Shown piece after piece: positions 26,395 through 36,748 of a DNA stretch of 58,428 nt (the first letter of the stretch is position 1; every line of letters begins with the position of its first letter). This DNA is from Nitrospinota bacterium (GTDB lineage: Bacteria > JADFOP01): assembly GCA_022562795.1 (NCBI GenBank), contig JADFOP010000009.1:1-58428 (forward strand). The letters run 5' to 3'. The translations under genes were made by a program, and so were the position numbers. The notes under the pieces are model-generated. The model did no database searches, was not told where the DNA came from, and saw nothing but the letters and a program-made list of their open reading frames with translations.

Positions 26395-28305
26395 CTACTT
26401 GAATCGGTAGATTTTGAGCTTTTCGTTGACCCGGATCATGTCTCCGGGCGAAAGCCCATTATACCCCATGAGGTAGTCGAGTCTAACCTTGTGGCGGCTG
26501 CTGATTTCGGAGAGCGTGTCTCCCGGCTTCACCAGATAGGTGGTGAGGAAGGGAGCCCTGGTGGTATAGATCGTAAGCTTTTGGCCAGGGAATATCCTGG
26601 CGTTTCTCAAACGGTTCCACCGCATGATGTCGCGGTAGGGAACACCGAAGTATCTGCCGATATCGTAGAGGCTGTTGCCCTTTTGGACGACGTACCTGAA
26701 CCGTTTTCCTTTAGCCGGAGCGGCGGTGGCGGAGGATGGACTCGATGGTGGGGCTTCCCGACCCTGTCCGTCCTTATACATGACAAGGGTTTGACCGGGG
26801 CGGATGAGTCCACCCTTAACGCCGTTCCAATAAGCGATTTTCGCCGGTGCAATTCCGAAGCGCCGGCCAATAGTCCAGAGATTGTCGCCCCGGCGCACCC
26901 GGTAGGAGACGGTGCTAGCCCTGGCGGCACCGGCGCCCGGCCGAAGGGTACGGGCCGCCGCGAGCGCCTGTGCTACGGCGGCGCCTTTCCCCCGAGGGAC
27001 GGCAAGAGGGAAGTTGATCACCCTTGACGGGGTGGAGCGTTCTTTGGGGGTGAGGTCGGGGTTGAGCTTGCGGAGGGCCCCCTCGGTGATCCCAGCGTAT
27101 TTGGCAAGCTTGCTCAGACGAGTCGGCGTCGTGACGATCATCCAGTCCACATCTCCCAGAGGCCTTGGTGCGGTGAAGCCGTAGCGTTCAGGATATTTGG
27201 CAACAATTGCGGCCGCGATAACCCGTGGTATGTATTCCCTCGTCTCACGGCGCAGGCATCCTCGGATGGCCCAAAAGTTTCTTTCCTCGAATGGGTCGTC
27301 AAGCCGCTTGAGGCAGGAGGTGATTTTTCCCTCTCCAGCGTTGTAGCTCGCCATCGCCAGCAAGAAAGATCGGGAGCCGAAGATGGCCACCAGGTCGAGA
27401 AAGTACTCACGGGCGGCGATGGTCGATTTCACTGGGTCGAGCCTCTCGTCCCGCCACTTATCTATGCGGAGTCCGTAGGAGCGGCCCGTCGAGCGGATGA
27501 ATTGCCAAAGTCCGCGGGCTTTGGCTCTGCTTGTTACCGTCGGCGAGTAGCCGCTTTCCACCAGGGCCATGTAGGCCATATCCTCTGGTACCTTCTTTTG
27601 TCTGAATATGACGGTGATGAGCGGAACGTACTTCCCCGATCGCCTCAGTGCTTTTTTGAAGAATTTTTTCCTGGGGCCCTGATAGTCGGTGATGAAGTGC
27701 TGCACGCTCTCTACGAAAACGGGCGGGACGGTGTAAGAATCTTCCCCGAACTTGGCCACAAGCCGGATAATCTCTCTTTCAAGAAACGCTTTCTCGGGGA
27801 GAGTGGATGGATTATGTGCGGAGTAGTGGCTTGGCAGGGAAGGCCCCCAAGAAGACGTCCCCTCGGAGGACTCCTCGGAGGACTCCTCGGCCAGGATCCT
27901 CGACCCACCACGGTGAGCGCCCTGCTTTAAGGGGAAGCCCCTTACTTGGTTGTGGATGGCTGTAAGGTCGAAGTGACGGTAGGCTTGCGGCAGACCCACC
28001 TGAATGAGCTTCAAATCTTTGTAGGGTTCCGGCAGGTCGGCCCGATGGATAATGTCTAGCGCATTATCGAAAGCCCTGCGGGTTTTCTCCCAGTCGTTGG
28101 CCTCATATGCCCTCAAACCCTGGAGCACTTCGGAGCGAGCTTGGAGGATAATGCTCTCGTTGGTGCCTCCGGCGAACCTCGTCCCAGTAGGTGGCGGCGG
28201 CAATTGAGAGTTTGCCGGCGGCACGCAACCAGACAACAGGGTGCTAATTAGGAAAATCGCGGAAAAAATGGGGGTCCGGCAACGAGATTTTGGGGTCGCG
28301 CTCAC
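26395..28305 (-). CDS. Lytic murein transglycosylase with three LysM domains (MltD-like lipoprotein)
   Basis: Lipobox LLSGC; SLT motifs VESG, GLWQF, SYNAGEG, ETREY; three LysM repeats (YRVRRGD, YVVQKGN, YLVKPGD); start set at GTG 28305. Confidence 0.9.
   Translation of the reverse strand: MSATPKSRCRTPIFSAIFLISTLLSGCVPPANSQLPPPPTGTRFAGGTNESIILQARSEVLQGLRAYEANDWEKTRRAFDNALDIIHRADLPEPYKDLKLIQVGLPQAYRHFDLTAIHNQVRGFPLKQGAHRGGSRILAEESSEESSEGTSSWGPSLPSHYSAHNPSTLPEKAFLEREIIRLVAKFGEDSYTVPPVFVESVQHFITDYQGPRKKFFKKALRRSGKYVPLITVIFRQKKVPEDMAYMALVESGYSPTVTSRAKARGLWQFIRSTGRSYGLRIDKWRDERLDPVKSTIAAREYFLDLVAIFGSRSFLLAMASYNAGEGKITSCLKRLDDPFEERNFWAIRGCLRRETREYIPRVIAAAIVAKYPERYGFTAPRPLGDVDWMIVTTPTRLSKLAKYAGITEGALRKLNPDLTPKERSTPSRVINFPLAVPRGKGAAVAQALAAARTLRPGAGAARASTVSYRVRRGDNLWTIGRRFGIAPAKIAYWNGVKGGLIRPGQTLVMYKDGQGREAPPSSPSSATAAPAKGKRFRYVVQKGNSLYDIGRYFGVPYRDIMRWNRLRNARIFPGQKLTIYTTRAPFLTTYLVKPGDTLSEISSRHKVRLDYLMGYNGLSPGDMIRVNEKLKIYRFK
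27861..27890. repeat. 12-bp tandem repeat CCTCGGAGGACT (2.5 copies; EESSEESSE linker)
   Basis: Read directly from the sequence. Confidence 0.8.
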
Positions 28306-28420
28306 TATGGCCGAAGTCCCTCGATTATCGCTATAATATTGGAAAGGAACAGATATTATATAACATGATAGAATATTATACCCGGTTAATGGTGGACTGT
28401 CCACCCCCCTTTCCCCGCAT

Positions 28421-29542
28421 CTAGAGGGACTCTGGCTCGTAGTCCGGCGGAAGGTTGCCAATCTGTTTTTCGTGGGCTATAAATTCCGCCTGTAGGTGAT
28501 GGACCATTGAGGGTAAACGGTCGTAGAGCCTCTTCGCCTCACGCTCGCCTCCTCGTTCCATCAAGTAGGACGTAAGCAGCGGGATGGCGATGGTGGCGTC
28601 AACATATGCCGTCACCGCGTGGCGAAGCGCGTCCGGGTCGATTTTGCCCCACGAGACCGCCTCTGAAGGCGTGGCGCCCGACAAGCCCCCAGTATCGGGC
28701 CGCGCGTCGGTGAACTGGATGAAGTAGTCGTGGGGCATCTCCTCAAGGCCGAGGATGTCTTCAAGCTGCGGCCCCGTCTGCAGGAGGAAATTCTTAGGGG
28801 CTCCCCCACCAATCGACACTGCACCGCTCTTGCCCTTTTGCTTAGAGTGGTGGACGATGGCCGCCGTTTCGTTGACATCGCGGCTGATGTCGAAGACGAT
28901 GGTCTTGCCTACGAGGGCCCTCTCAGCTACAACGAGGCCTATGGAGCTATCGCCTGGCGAGGCGACGTAGATGGGAACCCCTGCGGCGTAGGCCGCAGCA
29001 AGCATTGTTGCGCCCCCCAGGCCGAGGCGCTTTTCACTCTCGGCTATCTTCTCGCCTAGGCGGTAGTGAAGCTCCGCCGAGCCCATGGTTCGCTGGAAGA
29101 CGGGGTCTTCGAAGACCTTTCGAAGCCACTGGTCGGTGGCCCGCATGGCTTCGAACTCGATGATGACGTCGTAGATGCGAATGAGCTTCCGTTTGCGCAG
29201 CTCCTTGTCGTCAAGGCCGGGGCTGCCTCGATAAAAAGAATAACCGAGGCCCAGGTGTAGGTCGTGGTAGAGGACTGCGCCGGTCGTGACGATCCAGTCC
29301 ACGTAGTTGCGCTGGATCAGGGGCACCAGGCAGGATGTCCCTAGGCCGGCAGGGGTTAGTGCTCCCGAGAGGCTCAGGCCTACGGTTACATCGTCTCGCA
29401 GCAGACTGGTGGCATAGAGTCGGCAGGCCTCCCTGATCCGGGCGGCGTTGAATGCGTGGAAGGCCGAATCAATCAGGTCCGCCGGGCTCATCCCGGCAGT
29501 CAGGGGTGTCAGGTCAAGTTCTGGCAGCTTTGGATCGCTCAT
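28421..29542 (-). CDS. Deoxyhypusine synthase-like protein (possible homospermidine synthase SpeY type)
   Basis: SGALTPAGLG, PGDSSIG, GGGAPKNF, TGGLSGATPSEAVSWGK (catalytic Lys), DATIA.P. Confidence 0.9.
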   Translation of the reverse strand: MSDPKLPELDLTPLTAGMSPADLIDSAFHAFNAARIREACRLYATSLLRDDVTVGLSLSGALTPAGLGTSCLVPLIQRNYVDWIVTTGAVLYHDLHLGLGYSFYRGSPGLDDKELRKRKLIRIYDVIIEFEAMRATDQWLRKVFEDPVFQRTMGSAELHYRLGEKIAESEKRLGLGGATMLAAAYAAGVPIYVASPGDSSIGLVVAERALVGKTIVFDISRDVNETAAIVHHSKQKGKSGAVSIGGGAPKNFLLQTGPQLEDILGLEEMPHDYFIQFTDARPDTGGLSGATPSEAVSWGKIDPDALRHAVTAYVDATIAIPLLTSYLMERGGEREAKRLYDRLPSMVHHLQAEFIAHEKQIGNLPPDYEPESL

Positions 29543-29613
29543 GGGTGGGTGCTCGTGAACCGTGAAAGCTAAGCGGGTGGGTCAAAACCATACAATACAC
29601 GTAAAACGCCCGG

Positions 29614-29642
29614 AGGTTACCACATTCTCCCAGTCTTGACAA
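29614..29642 (-). promoter_or_regulatory. Putative sigma70 promoter for the DHS-like gene
   Basis: Minus strand TTGTCA-17 bp-TAACCT with extended -10 TG. Confidence 0.55.
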
Positions 29643-29738
29643 GGGTGGGGGGAAAGGGTTTACGCCTCCGGCCCGGCTTATGTTAAGGTCTTCGTCGTTC
29701 TAAGGACGCATTGGCCTTAGGCTCTAATCGATGGAGGT

Positions 29739-31745
29739 GTGATGGTTCCTGGACCGACCTCTTCTTACACTATTCGCGTAGGCATTGACACCGGTGGCAC
29801 CTTCACCGACTTCATGGTCGCCTCCGATGAGGGGGTTCGCGTCCATAAGGTGCTCTCTACGCCCCATGACCCGGCCGAGGCGGTGCTCCGTGGACTCGAG
29901 CAGCTGGGCCTCGAGCCGGCGGCATGCGAGATAACCTACGGCTCTACGGTTGCAACCAACGCGTTGATTGAACGCAAAGGCGCTCGGACGGCTTTCGTCA
30001 CGACGGCGGGCTTCGAAGACATGCTGGAGATAGGGCGCCAGACCCGACCCCACCTCTACGACCTGATGCCCTCTCGCCCTCCGCCGATGGTGCCCAAGGA
30101 GCTCCGTTTTGGGGTGGACGAGCGGATTCTTTACGACGGGAGCGTCCTTAAGCCATTGAGCCGCAGGGCATTGGCCGACCTTCGGCGCAGTATGCGTGAC
30201 CGGGGAATCGAGTCGGTGGCCGTCTGCCTCCTCTTCAGCTTTGTAAACCCCGCCCACGAGTTGGCCGTCGCCGAGGCCCTCGGGGGTCTTGGGGTGCCTG
30301 TATCTTGCTCGCATCGGGTTCTGCCGGAGCATCGCGAGTACGAGCGGGCCACTACCACCGCCGTCAACGCCTACGTTGCCCCTGTCATGGGCCGCTACTT
30401 AGAGCGGCTCGGCCGCTCCTTGGGCGGCCAGGGGCGCTTCCGCGTCATGCAGTCCAACGGAGGCTCCATCAGCGCCGCGCGGGCCGCCGCCGAGCCGGTC
30501 CATACCATACTTTCCGGGCCTGCCGGCGGGGTGGTGGCTGGCCTTGCCATAGGGCGGCGGGCTGGATTCGAGAAGGTTATCACATTCGATATGGGAGGAA
30601 CCTCCACGGACGTGGCCCTCTGCGACGGCGAGCTCACTTTGGCCTCAGAGGCCTCGGTTGGAGGGTTACCCATCCACGTCCCCATGATCGACATCCACAC
30701 GGTCGGCGCCGGAGGAGGCTCGATAGCCAGGTGCGATGCTGGTGGGGCCCTAGTTGTCGGGCCGGAGAGCGCCGGGGCGGAACCCGGGCCCATCTGCTAC
30801 GGAAAGGGCCGAGAGGTTACGGTCACAGACGCCAACCTCGCCCTCGGCCGAATCGACAGTCGGTGGTTCCTCGGCGGCGCCATGGAGCTCGATGTGGCTG
30901 GGGTGCGTCGTGCAATTAAGCCTCTCGCCCGCGAGCTGGGAGTAAGCCAAACTAGAGCGGCGGAGGGAGTAATAGAGGTGGTGAGCGCCACCATGGAGCG
31001 GGCCATTCGCGTAATAAGCGTTGAAAGGGGCCACGACCCGAGGCGTTTCACTCTTGTCTCATTCGGGGGGGCCGGTGCCCTTCACGCCTGCGGGCTTGCA
31101 GATAGGCTCGCCATCCCCCGCGTGGTTGTGCCGAACCATGCCGGCATAACCTCGGCTCTGGGCATGCTGCTGAGCGACGTTAAAAGGACTTACGTCGCCA
31201 CCGTGATGGAGCGGGTTGAGGCGTTTTCGTCCAGGGCCGCAGAACGAACGTTCCGGCGCCTGGAGAACGAGGGACGCCGGGAGATGACGGCAGAAGGCCT
31301 GGCGCGGGCCGACCTCGCCTTCGAGCGGTTCATCGACTGCCGCTATGTGGGTCAGTCCTACGAGCTCTCCGTCCCCTACAGCCGAGACTACCTGGCGGCG
31401 TTCCACGTGCATCACGAGACGACCTACGGCTACGCCCGGCCGGAGCGGCCTGTGGAGGTTGTGGCTGTCCGGGTGCATGTCACCGGCCGGGTGGCGCCAG
31501 TTGCCTTGCCAAAGGGACGTAAGCCCAAGCGTCCTGCCCGTCCAAAGCCCATCGAGCGCAAGGCGGTAGTCTCCGGGGGGAAGAAGGTTGACGCGTCGGT
31601 GTTCTGGCGGGAGGAGCTGCCGGTTGGGAGCCGGCTTCGTGGGCCGTCCCTCGTGGCCGAATACAGCTCGACGACCTGGGTTCCGCCGGGGTGGGTCGCC
31701 CAGGTCGATCGATTCTTCAACCTTAGGATGGAGCGGGCGCGATGA
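29739..31745 (+). CDS. Hydantoinase/5-oxoprolinase subunit A (ATP-hydrolysing)
   Basis: GIDTGGTFTD, GSTVATNAL, SGPAGG, DMGGTSTDV, GAGGGSI, GPESAGA.PGP.CYG. Confidence 0.93.
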   Translation: MMVPGPTSSYTIRVGIDTGGTFTDFMVASDEGVRVHKVLSTPHDPAEAVLRGLEQLGLEPAACEITYGSTVATNALIERKGARTAFVTTAGFEDMLEIGRQTRPHLYDLMPSRPPPMVPKELRFGVDERILYDGSVLKPLSRRALADLRRSMRDRGIESVAVCLLFSFVNPAHELAVAEALGGLGVPVSCSHRVLPEHREYERATTTAVNAYVAPVMGRYLERLGRSLGGQGRFRVMQSNGGSISAARAAAEPVHTILSGPAGGVVAGLAIGRRAGFEKVITFDMGGTSTDVALCDGELTLASEASVGGLPIHVPMIDIHTVGAGGGSIARCDAGGALVVGPESAGAEPGPICYGKGREVTVTDANLALGRIDSRWFLGGAMELDVAGVRRAIKPLARELGVSQTRAAEGVIEVVSATMERAIRVISVERGHDPRRFTLVSFGGAGALHACGLADRLAIPRVVVPNHAGITSALGMLLSDVKRTYVATVMERVEAFSSRAAERTFRRLENEGRREMTAEGLARADLAFERFIDCRYVGQSYELSVPYSRDYLAAFHVHHETTYGYARPERPVEVVAVRVHVTGRVAPVALPKGRKPKRPARPKPIERKAVVSGGKKVDASVFWREELPVGSRLRGPSLVAEYSSTTWVPPGWVAQVDRFFNLRMERAR

Positions 31746-33319
31746 AGATCGATCCTATCGCCCTCGAGGTCTTCAAGAACCTTTTCTCGTCGGTCGCCGA
31801 GGAGATGGGCGTGGCTCTCGGCCGGACGGGATACAGCCCCAACATCAAAGAGCGGCGGGACTACTCCTGCGCCGTCTTCGACGCCCAGGGGAAGCTGGTG
31901 GCCCAGGCGGCCCACATCCCGGTCCACCTGGGGGCGATGCCGCTGTCGGTGGAGGCGACGCTGCCCCTGGCCCCCTTCGCCCCGGGCGACGTGATCATCC
32001 TGAACGACCCCTACCTGGGCGGCACCCACCTGCCGGACATCACCCTGGTCTCGCCGGTCTTCGGGCGGGCAAAGGACCGCAGACCCCTCTTCTATGTGGC
32101 CAACCGGGCCCATCACGCCGATGTGGGGGGGATGACGCCGGGCAGCCTTCCTTTGGCCACGGAGATTTTCCAGGAAGGCTTCCGTATTCCCCCCGTGACC
32201 ATTGTGCGTGGCGGTGTGTTGGAGAGCGATCTGGTCCGCCTCTTGCTGGCCAACGTCCGTACGCCTGAGGAGCGCGAGGGCGACCTGGCGGCTCAGATTG
32301 CCGCCAACCGCCTCGGTGAGATGCGCCTTAAGGAGCTTGTCGCCACCCGCGGCCGGCGCACCGTAGTTGCCGCCATGAGGGCCCTCCAGGACTATGCCGA
32401 GCGGATGACCCGCCGGGCCATCCGGGCCATCCCCAACGGGACGTACCGCTTCGAGGACTACCTGGATGACGACGGCATTTCGGCGAAACCCATCAAGATC
32501 GCTGTGGCCGTGGAGGTCCGGAACGATGAGGTCCGCATCGAGTTTACTGGCACCGACCCCCAGGTCCGTGGCAGCGTGAACGCCGTCGAGCCCATTGTGC
32601 TCTCCGCCGTATTCTACGTCGTTCGCTGCCTGGTCGATCTGGACCTTCCTAGCAATGCGGGCTGCATGAGGCCGATCACCGTCGTGGCTCCCGAGGGCAC
32701 CGTCATCAACGCCCGCTTTCCGGCGGCCGTGGCCGGGGGCAACGTTGAGACCTCCCAGCGGATCGTGGATGTGCTCCTCGGAGCGTTCGCCAAGGCCATG
32801 CCCGATGCCATTCCGGCAGCTTCATCCGGGACGATGAACAATCTCACGCTGGGGGGCTACGACCCCATCCGCGGCCGGCCCTTCGCCTACTACGAGACCA
32901 TCGCCGGCGGTATGGGAGGAGGCTCGAAAGGGCCGGGACTCAACGCCGTCCACACCCACATGACCAACACCCTGAACACCCCGATCGAGGCCATCGAATA
33001 CGCCTATCCCCTCCGGGTGGTGTCATATAGGCTGCGGGACGGAAGCGGGGGTGACGGGCGACACCGGGGCGGAGACGGGGTGGTTCGCGAGTTGGCGTTG
33101 CTCTGCGATGCCTCGCTTACGCTGCTCAGCGATCGGCGCCGCCGGGGGCCTTATGGACTTCGGGGAGGCCAGCCCGGGATGCCGGGCCTCAACCTGCTTC
33201 GCACGGGGAGCAAAGTCGAGGTCTTGGCCGGGAAGGTCAACCGGCCTGTGTCGAAAGGCCAGATCGTCTCCATCCACACCCCGGGCGGAGGAGGCTTCGG
33301 CCGACGTCGCCGTAGGTGA
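31742..33319 (+). CDS. Hydantoinase B/5-oxoprolinase subunit B
   Basis: SPNIKERRDYSCA, HIPVHLG, NDPY.GGTHLPD, AHHADVGG, HMTNT.NTP.E, TPGGGGFG. Confidence 0.93.
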   Translation: MKIDPIALEVFKNLFSSVAEEMGVALGRTGYSPNIKERRDYSCAVFDAQGKLVAQAAHIPVHLGAMPLSVEATLPLAPFAPGDVIILNDPYLGGTHLPDITLVSPVFGRAKDRRPLFYVANRAHHADVGGMTPGSLPLATEIFQEGFRIPPVTIVRGGVLESDLVRLLLANVRTPEEREGDLAAQIAANRLGEMRLKELVATRGRRTVVAAMRALQDYAERMTRRAIRAIPNGTYRFEDYLDDDGISAKPIKIAVAVEVRNDEVRIEFTGTDPQVRGSVNAVEPIVLSAVFYVVRCLVDLDLPSNAGCMRPITVVAPEGTVINARFPAAVAGGNVETSQRIVDVLLGAFAKAMPDAIPAASSGTMNNLTLGGYDPIRGRPFAYYETIAGGMGGGSKGPGLNAVHTHMTNTLNTPIEAIEYAYPLRVVSYRLRDGSGGDGRHRGGDGVVRELALLCDASLTLLSDRRRRGPYGLRGGQPGMPGLNLLRTGSKVEVLAGKVNRPVSKGQIVSIHTPGGGGFGRRRRR

Positions 33320-33326
33320 GGCCGCC

Positions 33327-33355
33327 TTGTACCCCCAGCAAAGTCATGCTATGGT
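33327..33355 (+). promoter_or_regulatory. Putative sigma70 promoter for the radical SAM gene
   Basis: TTGTAC-17 bp-TATGGT with extended -10 TG. Confidence 0.45.
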
Positions 33356-33387
33356 AAGTTAAACCCTTCTCATGGACGATATGGCCT

Positions 33388-34779
33388 ATGGCGCGACCCA
33401 CCGTCTTGCTGCTCAACCCGCCTGGCAATCAGCGCATCATGCGGGATTATTTCTGCTCCAAGGTCTCGAAGGGCTCCTATTATTATCATCCAGTGGACCT
33501 TCTGTTTTTGAGCGGATGGCTTGGGGAGCATTACCACGTCCGCGTCCTTGACTCCGTCGTCCAACGTTTGAGTCCGCGCGCTACCCTCGCCTACGTCAAG
33601 ACTCTTCGTCCGGCCGCGGTTGTAGCCCTCACCGCCGCCCCCTCCTTTGTCGAGGACCAGGCCCTCTTTCGGGCCATCAAGGCCAACGGTGCCCCGCGCT
33701 TATTCGTTACCGGGGACATCGTCCTCGACCACGGGACCCACCTCCTGCAGACCCACCGGGAAATCGATGGCCTCCTTCTCGATTTCTCCACTCCCGACAT
33801 CCTCGACCTCTTGGAAGGCCGGCCGAGCCAGAACGCCATCTACCGGGACGGGAACGGAGAGGTCGTATCGACCCCCGTGACCAGGGGTCGTGGCGTATTC
33901 GCCATCCCCCGGCCTCGGCACGAGCTCTTCCCCCTAGAGGCGTATCGCTTCATCCTCGCCCGGCGCCGCCACTTTGCAACCGTACTCAGCGACTTCGGCT
34001 GCCCATTTCCCTGTCAATACTGCATAAGCGGTCACCTGGGCTTCAAACTCCGAGAGCTCGACGGGGTCTTAGAGGAGATCGATCACCTACACCGCCTGGG
34101 CTTGAGAGAGATTTTCTTTCGAGATCAAACGTTCGGAGTCCACAAGAGCCGAACGCTGGAGCTCTGCGCGCGTCTAGCGTCAATTGTCCCTCGGTTCGGG
34201 TGGGTGTGCTTTTCACGGACCGACGTTCTCGACGAAGAGCTGCTAGATGCCATGCAGGAGGCCGGCTGCCATACGATCATCTTCGGCCTGGAGACGGTCA
34301 ACCATGATCTGCTGGCCGGCTATGGCAAGGCCATCCCCAGGGAGACCACCGAGGCGACCCTTCGGGCGTGCGCCCGTCGGGGGGTTCGCACGCTAGGGAC
34401 CTTCATCCTGGGACTGCCGGGGGAGGATGAGGGGGCCGTGCGCCAAACCATCCGGTGGGCTACCGAGCTTCCCTTGGATTTCGCCACCTTCAACATAGCT
34501 ACCCCGCGCATGGGCACCTCCTTTCGTCGGCTCGCCCTCGCGCAGGGCTGGGCCGACCCCAATCGGCTCGACCTCGACAGCTCCCTCGGTGAGCCGGCCA
34601 TCACTACAGAGCGCTTGGACCCCGAGCGATTGGCGGCGCTTCGCATCGAAGCCGTCCGGGCCTTCTACGGCCGGCCCACCTATGTGGCCCGCCGCATAGC
34701 CGGGGCCCGTAGCTGGCACGATCTTTATTCGCTCTGGTCGGAGGGTGCAGGCATGGTCCGGGGCCTTTTGAACCGCTAA
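33388..34779 (+). CDS. B12-binding-domain radical SAM protein
   Basis: CxxxCxxC (GCPFPCQYC); N-terminal LLLNPP B12-binding-like domain; F.D.TF, GLET, FILGLPGE. Confidence 0.88.
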   Translation: MARPTVLLLNPPGNQRIMRDYFCSKVSKGSYYYHPVDLLFLSGWLGEHYHVRVLDSVVQRLSPRATLAYVKTLRPAAVVALTAAPSFVEDQALFRAIKANGAPRLFVTGDIVLDHGTHLLQTHREIDGLLLDFSTPDILDLLEGRPSQNAIYRDGNGEVVSTPVTRGRGVFAIPRPRHELFPLEAYRFILARRRHFATVLSDFGCPFPCQYCISGHLGFKLRELDGVLEEIDHLHRLGLREIFFRDQTFGVHKSRTLELCARLASIVPRFGWVCFSRTDVLDEELLDAMQEAGCHTIIFGLETVNHDLLAGYGKAIPRETTEATLRACARRGVRTLGTFILGLPGEDEGAVRQTIRWATELPLDFATFNIATPRMGTSFRRLALAQGWADPNRLDLDSSLGEPAITTERLDPERLAALRIEAVRAFYGRPTYVARRIAGARSWHDLYSLWSEGAGMVRGLLNR

Positions 34780-34791
34780 GGGAGAAGGTAT

Positions 34792-35940
34792 ATGCGAGTG
34801 GCTATCTTTCGGGAGCTTCCCTACGATTTCCCTGGTGGGGTCTCAAACGTCCTGACCGTTTTGTTGGACTATCTCGAAAGGCAGGGCCATGAGGCCCGGG
34901 TATTTATCGCCGACAATGGGACTGCCGGAGCTGCGCAAGCGCCGTTCGTGGGTTTTCCTACGGTGACGACCAGGACATGGGCGCGCTCCCGGTTCTGCCT
35001 GCCGGTGCCCCAGGCGGCCCGGATGAGACGTGAGCTTGAAGCCTTTCGGCCCGATGTGATGCACTTCCTGCATCCACTCGTTTTGGGTCCACTGGGCAGT
35101 TATTGCGCCCGCCGGCTCAAGGTCGCCCGGGTCGCCTCCTTCCATACCCTCTACCACGACTACGTTGCCTACCATGGGGTGGGCTTTCTCCGCAGGGCCC
35201 TCCGCTGGTGGGTCCAGAGGGCGTTCGGGGAGTGTGAGATGACATTGGCCCCTTCAACGTCGGTGGCAGACATGCTGCGTGAGTGGGGATTAAAACGGGT
35301 TGTGGTTTGGCCCCGAGGGGTGTCCGGTGAGCGGTTTCATCCCCGAAAACGAAGCGAAGACTTCCGCTTAGCCGTTCGCGGTGGCCAAGGCGATGCTCTT
35401 CCATTGGTCCTCTACGTAGGTCGCCTGGGGAAGGAAAAGAACCTGGAGACTCTCGTAGCCATTGCCCGTCTCTTGGACGGAGTCCACTGGGTCATTGTTG
35501 GAGACGGCCCTGAGAGGGGAGCCCTGTCCGAGGCGCTACGTGGCGTCCGTCACACCTTCACCGGCTATCTAACCGGCGAGGACCTTGCAACGGCCTACGC
35601 CTCCTCGGACCTCTTCTTCATGCCTTCCCCCACCGAAGGGTGTCCCAACACGGTCATGGAGGCATTCGCCAGCGGCCTTCCGGTGGTGGGGGTCGCGGCC
35701 TATGGGACTGGAGACCTCATTGCCGAGAGCGGCGCTGGGCTCACCTATCCCCCGGACGATATCGCCGAGGCCTTACACAAGGTTAAGGCGCTCCTCGATG
35801 ATCCCTCCTTGACCGCAACCCTTGCTGCGCGGGGCCGGGCCTTCGCCGAGAGTCGCTCCTGGGACACTATGATGGCTCAGCTACTGAAACATTACGACAA
35901 GGCTCAGGTCCTCAACGAGTTAGCCGCCTACGCGCCTTGA
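34792..35940 (+). CDS. Glycosyltransferase family 4 (GT-B)
   Basis: GGVS, SFHT, RGV...FHP, LYVGRL.KEKN, PS.TEG....MEA.ASGLPVV. Confidence 0.9.
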   Translation: MRVAIFRELPYDFPGGVSNVLTVLLDYLERQGHEARVFIADNGTAGAAQAPFVGFPTVTTRTWARSRFCLPVPQAARMRRELEAFRPDVMHFLHPLVLGPLGSYCARRLKVARVASFHTLYHDYVAYHGVGFLRRALRWWVQRAFGECEMTLAPSTSVADMLREWGLKRVVVWPRGVSGERFHPRKRSEDFRLAVRGGQGDALPLVLYVGRLGKEKNLETLVAIARLLDGVHWVIVGDGPERGALSEALRGVRHTFTGYLTGEDLATAYASSDLFFMPSPTEGCPNTVMEAFASGLPVVGVAAYGTGDLIAESGAGLTYPPDDIAEALHKVKALLDDPSLTATLAARGRAFAESRSWDTMMAQLLKHYDKAQVLNELAAYAP

Positions 35941-35965
35941 CAGGTTGAGGGCGCCGTCCTACACT
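35937..35965 (+). promoter_or_regulatory. Putative sigma70 promoter for cysE
   Basis: TTGACA-17 bp-TACACT. Confidence 0.65.
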
Positions 35966-36024
35966 TCATGAAGACGCCCCCTCGTACGTAGAAACTATTG
36001 GCGGGTCTGTAGGGAGATAGGGCT

Positions 36025-36726
36025 GTGGGCTGGTGGACAACCATTAAGCGCGACATTGATGTGGTATTCGAACGGGATCCGGCTGCCCGGTCTGCCATCG
36101 AGGTCATCTTCTGCTACCCGGGCTTTCACGCAATCCTCCTTCACCGACTCTCTAACGGGCTTTGGGGCCGCCGGCTCTATTTTGTCGCCCGCCTGGTCTC
36201 TCACATCAATCGGTTCCTTACTGGTATTGAGATTCACCCCGGGGCCCAGATAGGCCCGGGCTTCTTCATCGACCATGGGATGGGCGTCGTGATCGGCGAG
36301 ACGGCCGAGATCGGCGAGAACTGCACCATCTACCACGGGGTGACCCTCGGAGGCACGAGCCTCAAGAAGGAAAAGCGCCACCCGACCCTGTGCAACAACG
36401 TGGTCGTGGGGGCCGGGGCGAAGATTCTCGGGCCCTTCACGGTGGGCGACAACGCGATCGTGGGGGCGGGGAGCCTGGTCATCCGCTCCGTACCCCCCTA
36501 TAGCACCGTGGTGGGGGTGCCCGCCAAGGTGGTGTTCCAGAAAGGCCGGAAGCGGGACACAAAGAAGGTCGACCTCGACCACCATCTCCTCCCCGACCCC
36601 TCCGGGTTAGCCATCGAAGAGCTCCTTAAGCGGGTCGAAGCCCTGGAGGCAGAGATCGAGAAGCTCAAGGCCGAGGAGACGGAGGCACCGACGCCCGCGG
36701 GCCACCCCTCGGCAAGCCAGGGATAG
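36025..36726 (+). CDS. cysE: Serine O-acetyltransferase
   Basis: [35 protein letters not shown]....KRHPTL, VVGVPA. Confidence 0.95.
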   Translation: MGWWTTIKRDIDVVFERDPAARSAIEVIFCYPGFHAILLHRLSNGLWGRRLYFVARLVSHINRFLTGIEIHPGAQIGPGFFIDHGMGVVIGETAEIGENCTIYHGVTLGGTSLKKEKRHPTLCNNVVVGAGAKILGPFTVGDNAIVGAGSLVIRSVPPYSTVVGVPAKVVFQKGRKRDTKKVDLDHHLLPDPSGLAIEELLKRVEALEAEIEKLKAEETEAPTPAGHPSASQG

Positions 36727-36748
36727 GGCGGCTTACCAAGACCCAACA

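Noticed and set aside
28306-28461. N-terminal extension of the transglycosylase ORF (likewise the extensions on the nuoL, EamA, CoA-binding, nucleotidyltransferase and trmFO ORFs)
   Set aside because: They overlap neighbouring genes or promoter-like DNA; downstream starts fit the RBS, lipobox or family N-terminus better.
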